Assembly (NCBI RefSeq): GCF_006345805.1
Contig: NC_042997.1
Span: 185,628,001-185,692,000 of the forward strand
Direction of reading: 5' to 3'
Source of the DNA: Octopus sinensis
Taxonomy: Eukaryota
DNA length: 64,000 nucleotides
Part shown: in pieces, positions 55,303 through 64,000 of the stretch
Layout of the letters: every line of letters starts with the position of its first letter
How positions within the stretch are numbered: position 1 is the stretch's first letter
Translations under genes and position numbers: made by a program
The notes under the pieces: model-generated
The model's database searches: none
Told to the model about the DNA's origin: nothing
Seen by the model: only the letters and a program-made list of their open reading frames with translations

Positions 55303-55480
55303 TGATGAGTGGCAGAATTGTAAGCATGTCGGACAAAAATAGTTAGCGGCGTTCTTCTAGTGCTTTGAAATCGTACCAAAGTCACCTTTGATTTTCATCC
55401 TTTCAGGGGTCGATAAAATAAACTTCCTGTGAATTACTGAGATCGATGCAATCGATTAACCTCCTCCCCTCAGAATTTCT
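55303..55480 (+). mobile_element. SINE family B, old copy
   Basis: TGGCAGAATTGTAAGCATGTCGGAC..TTTCATCCTTTCAGGGGTCGATAAAATAA. Confidence 0.6.
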
Positions 55481-55749
55481 GGTCTTGAACACAGAAATAG
55501 CCCGGCATCTGTTTCTGAGAAAATGTTACAATCGCGGTCACTTATACGCCATGAAATCGAGTAACTACCTTGGGTGGTAGGGTTCGAGGAAAAGTAATGA
55601 AATAAGCATGTTAAGTCTAAATTAAATGGTCGACTTTTCAGATAAAACAAAATATTTTCAGAATGATCAGAATGATCAGAATGAAACAGAAAAAAATTTA
55701 GGTATCTATTTTCTTTTCTTTTTTTACTTTTGCAGTTATTTACTGGTTC

Positions 55750-56080
<331 letters not shown>

Positions 56081-57635
56081 CAATGTCTGCAATATTCTTT
56101 TAAAACATTCTAATTTTGAACACAGCAATGGAAATGTTCGGTTTAATACATATTACATAAAGACTTGAAATACCTCAGTTCTGTTGTCGATATAGCTTTA
56201 ATTGTATTATAAAATTTACACATTGTATTAAATAAACAGAATAAAAATTAACTGCAATGAAACATTAAAAAATATCGTGTTTATTGCAAACATTAGCAAA
56301 TTCTGTAAAAATATTTTGCTAAAACATTCTATCTTTAATGTTACCATAAATATATTTTTAAAGCTTATTGTCGTAGATTTTATTTCCTAAAATATTGACG
56401 TATTACAATGGGCGTCGCTGATTTTGTTAGAAAGTAGTATCAATGAACAATTTTGAAAAAAGATTTTGAATAGGTTTTCAATGACGATTTAGTTATCAGA
56501 GGACGATTTTGCTTTCTAAAACGTATTTCTTCCATTCCGTGTAGTGAAACTATTCATTAATACAATTATAGTCAACTCCAGTAACTATAGACATATTTTT
56601 AAAATCTCTCTTATTATCTAACTAGAGGCGATTTCTTTTCATGGACACTTCCCAACACGTAGAAAAGGCTGTATTTTCTAATTATTCTTACGAGAAGTTG
56701 CATCAGTCAACCTTTTTCAGTCCAATCTCCGACCATATTTGGTGTTGCCACAAAATAACTTCACCAAAAACTTGGTCTTATTTCTGTTTTCTCAACGCGG
56801 CTGATTGATCGTCTGCACGTGATTAGTCAAATGTCTAGTATATTTCTTCCTTGCGGAGGGTCGCATTGCACATAGTCAATGTATGTTGCGTTACAGAAAC
56901 TCTCATATCTGGAATTACATGTCTGCAAGACCCCTCGAAGCCTCCGCGAAGTGGAAAAATTGACTCCGACTCTAATACATTTTTAATTCAGATAACGTGC
57001 ATCCCGGGAAAAATCTTCGGAGGTAAGTAGGCATATGATTCAGCTTGTATTTTAATGTTTGCATTTCATTCAGGATTGACGGTAGAAGACATTTTGTGTT
57101 TTGTCTTTGACACAAATAGTGACCAGGACAGAAATACATAATTCATTATGAATGTGTTCTGTTGTCGGTCAGTTCTTTTTCAGCTGCTGACCATCTGTTT
57201 TGGTTATATTGACTTTTTCTCTTGCTATATGTAAATCAAAGTTACTTTACCTTTCTTTTTATATTTTTGATAACGTGGAAACTATGAATTTCTATCAGAT
57301 GTAAAACGTTATTTTCTCCGTTTGCAGGCGACAAATATTGTTATATTTAAAGCTATGAGTTTCAAAATTCAGACCTTTCCTTATCTCAGTATATGAAGAA
57401 AAATATTAATAAATAAAAGTTTGCGGAAAAATCATTCAAAGAAGAGAATAAAAGATAAGGAAGAAAGATATGATTGAACAAAAAACTGGAAATAATTTTG
57501 ATTAATTTATAAAAAATTCATATGAGTATATTCTGAAACAGAACACAAGCGATATTTTGTTAAAACGATGCAAAAACACCTTGCGGACAACGATGTGTAA
57601 CAACAACATCTATTAGTCTGGTCGGTCACATGATG

Positions 57636-57678
<43 letters not shown>

Positions 57679-57681
<3 letters not shown>

Positions 57682-57970
57682 GAGGAGCGTTGCTTAGTGG
57701 TTAGGGTGTCAACATCAGTGGAGGCGTGTGGCTTAGTGGTTAGGGTGTTAGCATCATGATCGTAAGATTGTCGTTTCGATTTCTGGACGGGGCGACGCGT
57801 TGTGTTCTTGAGCAAAACACTTCATTTCACGTTGCTCCAGTCCACTCAGCTGACAAAAAGGAGTAGCGCTGCGATGGACTGGCATCCTATCCAGCTGGGG
57901 AACGCATACGCCATAGAAACCGGGAAACCGGGCCCATGAACCTGGATAGGCTTTAAAGGGCGCGTTTATA
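57679..57970 (+). mobile_element. tRNA-derived SINE (family C-related) with duplicated 39-bp head
   Basis: GTGGAGG..CTTAGTGGTTAGGGTGT..CATCA twice; central domain shared with 5431-5762 but a different 3' tail (GAAACCGGGAAACCGGGCCC). Confidence 0.8.
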
Positions 57971-58000
57971 TTTTATGTATATATATATATATATATATAT

Positions 58001-58385
58001 TAGGCGCAGGAATGGGTGTGTGGTAAGTAGCTTGCTAACCAACCACATGGTTCCGGGTTCAAGTCCCACTGCGTGGCATCTTGGGCAAGTGTCTTCTGCT
58101 ATAGCCCCGGGCCGACCAATACCCTGTGAGAGGATTTGGTAGACGGAAACTGAAAGAATCCCGTCGTATATATGTATGTATGTGTGTGTTTGTGTGTCTG
58201 TGTTTGTCCCCCTACCATTGCTTGACAACCGATGCTGGTGTGTTTACGTCACCGTCACTTAGCGGTTCGGCAAAAGAGACCGATAGAATGAGTACTGGGC
58301 TTACAAAGAATAAGTCCCGGGGTCGATTTGCTCGACTAAAGGCGGTGCTCCAGCATGGCCGCAGTCAAATGACTGAAACAAGTAA
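58001..58385 (+). mobile_element. SINE family A, full length
   Basis: TAGGCGCAGGAATGGGTGTGTGGTAAG..GGTTCCGGGTTCAAGTCCC..CAGTCAAATGACTGAAACAAGTAA. Confidence 0.92.
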
Positions 58386-58824
58386 CAAGATTTTAAAAAT
58401 GAGTATATATATAAGTCAATACGATTGATTCCTCACATTTACAATGTCTTTCCAATCTAATAACTTCGAATCTACATGATTCAACTTAAATAAAAGAAAA
58501 TAAGGAGTGAATTATCAAAATACGTTTGCTCACAATGTAGAAGAAATTGAATCAAAATGCCTAGTCATCAGAGATATCACGATGTTGAACATAAACGTTG
58601 TCGTCTCTAATATAGCAATAAAATCGAGTGGTAACATAAGGTTTGCATCAATTATTGGTCAGTTAAACTACGCGAACGAGGTATTGAAGCGATAGTTAAA
58701 TTCTAACTGAGCATTATTAGAACTCAGAACATATAATGCTAATTTGCACGCACCCACGCATATACGCACATACACACATAGATAAAAGTATAAATATAAA
58801 TATATTTGTATATATTTATATATA

Positions 58825-59218
58825 CTAGCAGTATCGCCCGGCGTTGCTCGGGTTTGTAAGGGAAATAACTATAAAGCATTTTTAGAGAGTTATAGCCAAA
58901 AAATAGCAAAAAAATGCATTAAAAATGGAAAAAAAATGATGGTAATTTTTTTTTTTAATCGTTGACTCATCGTAGACATTTTTAGAGAGTTACTTCCCTT
59001 ATATTAAAAAAAATATGCATTAAAATGGAAAAAATGATGGTAAATTATTTTAAAAATCGTAGACTCATCGTAGACGCGCGCTAATATCCAGAAAGGCTCG
59101 ATATGAATCACGACTATAAGATACCCGGTTTTGGTTAAACTGCACCGCAAAATGTGGGAGTAGTTAGGAATCAAAATCGGTGTAGACAGACACACAACCT
59201 TACTTTTATATATAAAGA
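58825..59218 (-). mobile_element. Non-autonomous Helitron-like element
   Basis: Minus strand begins TC(TTTATATATAAAAG) and ends CTAG, between host A and T; subterminal GC hairpin CCCGGCGTTGCTCGGG; internal direct repeats. Confidence 0.75.
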
Positions 59219-59874
59219 TATATATTTATATTTGTGTCTTTACCCATTTATATATATATACCCATTCATATATAGGTATATAGATATATACATATATATG
59301 TAGATATATAAGCATGCGTATCTATGTACATATACATTCATATATATAAGTATATATCTGTGTGTTTGTGTGTTTGAGCATGTGTGTGTGTGTGCGTGTG
59401 TGTGCAAGAGAGAGTGTGTATGTGCATTGTCATTTGCAAAGAAGCACACATGATGACCAGATTACCTCCATTATTCATGTGATAATTACTTTGATATCTT
59501 CCATTTTCATACTGAAAACTAACGTCTCGGTTTCTTTTCTTTGCGTTTGTTCTACGTTCACCGCCCCACACTTTATCTAATATCAAATATTGAACGAAGA
59601 CGACTAACAAGGTCATGATTGAAGCTATCAATTGACTTCAACAAGCAGTCTAATTACGGACTCATCTTAACTGTTTTGATATCACCCCTTGTACTGCTAA
59701 TGAGATCATGAAAATGGATAAACCCGCTTTGACCTATATTGCAAAATTAGCGTCTTCACTGATTTTTCGATAAATTCAAATAACTTCTGGCAACCTTTCT
59801 AGTATTCCTTTACACACACACACACACACACATACGCACACACACACACATATATATATACATATATGAGTGTG

Positions 59875-59932
<58 letters not shown>

Positions 59933-60157
59933 AAGATGGATAGTTAGATAGATACATGCATACGTACACACATGCAAGCATATAAACACATAAGTACACA
60001 CCGACGCGCGCGCGTGTGTGTGTGTGTATTGTAATTTTCATTTATTTTCTCTCCTTGATATTATTCATCACTTGCCAGAGTTTCTCAAATGGGAGAAGAG
60101 CCAAAATCATGTCTGTGTATGAGTATATATGCATGTATATATATACCGGTGATGTGG

Positions 60158-60212
<55 letters not shown>

Positions 60213-60575
60213 TATTATATATATATGTATATATACACTTTATCACATAAAGCATTCATTCTCGTAGAAAACCTATACAAATTTTAATAATCGTTTCACT
60301 AGTGTGCAGTTCTTCAGCCTCCCAAGATATAGAACCATTATGAGTGCTTATTTTGCTCTCATAAGTCTTTATTCAAAAGTAATATATACAAGTTATTTCA
60401 TTATACGAAGTTTCACTTCATTTCGTTCATTAGGTATATGCATACATGAAAGTGTACATCTGTGAATTCATTTCAGTTCATTTCGCTTATGACTTACACA
60501 CGAAAATTCATTGATATATGCATAATTACACACAAGCACGCACGCACACAACACACCAACCACCACAACACACAC

Positions 60576-60614
<39 letters not shown>

Positions 60615-60803
60615 ATAGAATTCAGAAAGTAATGAAAACAAAAATTGCATTACTTTCTGTCTAACTTCGCATATATATATATATATATTATATATGTATG
60701 TGTGTGTGTGTGTGTGTGTGTGCGTGTGTGTGCGTGCGTGTGTTCGCGAGTTAATGCGTGCATATTTATAGAATTGTGTACATATATATATGTGTGTCTA
60801 TCC

Positions 60804-60853
<50 letters not shown>

Positions 60854-61128
60854 CGCATACATACATACACACACATATATACATGCATGTAAGCATCAAA
60901 TTGATGTACACACCTTCCATGAAACCCAATAAGTTTCGAAAATCGATTTAGGTTGGTCATCATTTTTCAATCTACGAAGAAACACCTAAATTAGCCATGT
61001 TTATATAGGTTACACACAAGCGCATGTTTATATAGGTCACACGTACGAATACATATGCATATACATACATGCACACACATATATATATATGTGTGTTGTG
61101 TGTATATATATTTATTTTTTATGTGTAT

Positions 61129-61174
<46 letters not shown>

Positions 61175-62664
61175 ATATATTTACATATATATATATATAT
61201 ATTATAGATATATATATATATATACATATACATACATAGATACATACCACATATACATACATACTATGTATACATAGGCCGATTTATAAATAATACAAGT
61301 TTAGTTTTCGGGATTTATCTGTAATTACCCAGAGTTAGATAGGAGAATATAATGTACAATTGTACAATAACAAAAAAAAAAAACAAGTTTTAGGTGTAAA
61401 TTCTGAATCTCGTAGTATCTAATAAATTAGCATTTGTGTTAAGTAATTCAATAAATATAGGCCTTGAGTCTAAAATTTATCAATGAAAATAAGATGGGAA
61501 TATTGAATGGTTAGTGTTGTGAATATAATTATTAATTATGAGTATGTTAAAGTAGAAAAAGGGACTATTTAATATGTGCAGCGTATTTTATTTGAATACG
61601 ATGATTATAGAAATAAAATCTGGATCGGATAGGTATCTTATAAAAATAAACAAGTAAAATCAGTATTTTTTGAAAAATATGTATACAGGTATGTATAAAA
61701 TAAATAATTATTTATGAAGATTGTAAAAACCAGGGGGACTGTCTAATGTATGCACCGGCTTTTATGAAAAATGTAAGGTTTATGTCTATAAATTCAGAAG
61801 CAAATAGATTAATAGAAAAAATAAATAAAAAATATGCATATATAACAAATATGACGAATAAAATAAAAATGATAGCTCATCAAAACATAAAATAAAGTGA
61901 AATAAAATTAAAATAAAAAGTAATACAACATTACGATACAGTAAATTAAATAAAATTAAATATTAAAAAAATCTGTTAAAAGTGTTAAATTATATATTTG
62001 ACATATATATTTTTTTAGGGAGAAAAGAAAAATATCAGCTCGTTGCCTATAGTAATGTAAAATAGATAAAGGATAGCGGAACGGGTGTTAAGAACAGAAA
62101 TATGTTCTAATAGGTATCTAATTTTTAAATAGAGTATTAAACTAAGTGAATTAATAGTAGGTGTTTAAAAACAAATTTTGATGCGATAATAATACTTGAC
62201 AGTAAGAAAACTTGAGGAGGACATATCAAGGTTCTCATTAAAGTATTGTTTACCGTACAGAAATATATTTCGTAATTTGATATGTGTATCGGGTATGATG
62301 TTTATATACTAAAAAGAGAGGGAAAAATTTGAATGTAGCAATTTCCTTAGCATTAAAAATATGAATGTGGCAACTTCCTTGGCATTAAACCATATACTTG
62401 GGGATTCCCATCATCCACATGTAAGACTGAAGCATATATGTAGGTTCTTTTTTTATGTTTTTATTAAAAATTTTGAGCTTTCAACTCACAATCAATTTAT
62501 TTATTTGTAATGTTTGTTTAAAAAAAACATCATCTTTTTATAACATGCAAATAAAATCAGTAATTACATCCATTTATTCTCCATTTTCTTCTTGCTTTTC
62601 CTCAATATATAAAAATGCATGTGTGTATATATATATATATATACACATACACATATATACATAT

Positions 62665-63650
62665 TGCCAACCTTGCTAGCTATGCAGATGATACAAAACT
62701 CTCCCACACAATACAAAACCCTGGAAATATTGCACATCTGCAACAGGAGTTGGATACAATATACAGGTGGGCTGAGGATAACAACATGCTGTTTAATGCA
62801 GGTAAGTTCAGGCCCTACGCTACCGGCACACAAAGGTAAACGACATGCAGACTGGATACACTGGCCCGGGAAGAATTGTAATTCCTGAGTCAAAATCAGT
62901 GCGTGACCTGGGCATTGACATGAGCAATGATGCATCTTTCCAAGTGCATATTACTAAATTGGTGATAAAATGCAGACGGCTAGCTGGATAGATTCTTCGA
63001 ACTTTCAGAACAAGAGAGAAGGAGACACTGATAGTCCTGTGGAAAACTTTCGTCCTCCCGACTATGGTCACCACACAATATAAAGCTAACAGCAGAACTC
63101 GAAGCAATTCAAAGTAGCTACACTAAGTAGATCGTCTCAATGCAACATATCAGCTACTGGGAAAGACTGAAAGATTTAAAACTCTTCTCCCTAGAGCGAA
63201 GGCGGGAGAGATATGAAGTGATATACACCTGGAAAATCCTGGAGGGTCTTGTCCCAAACTTTGGCATTCAAAGTTACCCCAACCGCAAAATGGGACGCCA
63301 CTGCATGGTGCCAAAGATTCCAACATCACCATCAAAATACAGGACCAGATACTGCAACAGCTTGGGTTTCAGAGGACCACATCTCTTCAACATCCTCCCC
63401 AAGTGCCTGAGAGACTTGCATGGTGTGGATGTGGGTTTCTTTAAAACTAAACTGGATCTCTTCTTGTCGGGGGTCCCAGATGAACCTACCTCTCGGCAGG
63501 AGACACAGATGCGAGCAGCGGCATCGAACTCCCTTGTTGATCAAGTGCCACGTATCAGAGGTGGATTCACATACCAGTGTAGCTCATTCAGCGGTGTGCC
63601 CCAGCGTGGCCGCAGCCTTTGGGCTGAAATATTTTAAAGGATTTAAGGAT
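62665..63650 (+). mobile_element. CR1-group LINE 3' fragment, decayed
   Basis: YADDTKL RT motif, LQQELDTIYRWAEDNNMLFN, VRDLGI, SYWERLKDLKLFSLERRRER, FKTKLDLFL; stops and frameshifts. Confidence 0.88.
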
Positions 63651-63653
63651 TTT

Positions 63654-63686
<33 letters not shown>

Positions 63687-63764
63687 ATATATATATAATA
63701 TATATATATATATATTATATGTATATTTATATATATATATGTATATATGTATACGTATATATAT

Positions 63765-63809
<45 letters not shown>

Positions 63810-64000
63810 CAGACAGACAGATAGATAGGCAGATATATAGATATATGTATACTTTCTTTTCAACCACATTGATTTTCCTATCGTCTTTCCACATTTATTT
63901 ATGTAAGGAAGGACTGGCGTGCGAAACATCTCGACTTTTTCCATTTTGTTTTAAGTATGAAGTTAATACGTTTTTATAATATAAGCTTGCATATGCATAT

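Noticed and set aside
61280-62600. Very AT-rich block, possibly an old minus-strand L1 fragment or organellar insert
   Set aside because: No motif could be read with confidence; needs a homology search.

Overview
AT-rich, microsatellite-saturated eukaryotic (non-bacterial) genomic DNA with no convincing host protein-coding gene. The repeat landscape (tRNA-derived SINE families, Dong/R4, RTE, CR1, L1/Tx1, mariner, Helitron, dense (TA)n/(TATG)n/(TATC)n/(TAA)n) resembles octopus/cephalopod intergenic or intronic DNA; the taxon is an inference. Most ORFs in the track are translated microsatellites; the real coding remnants are all decayed transposable elements. The main discovery is a set of non-coding elements carrying Penelope-type minimal hammerhead ribozymes. 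One is a head-to-tail array of three 600-bp units (11894-13693), each with an intact type I hammerhead, preceded by an inverted partial copy. Another is a tRNA-headed, hammerhead-tailed SINE-like element (52395-54355) with an inverted partner copy and an 11-bp target-site duplication, into which an RT-less Dong element later inserted. Further hammerhead variants, SINEs with Penelope-like inverted or tandem architecture, two independent RT-deleted Dong elements and a locally templated insertion are also present.
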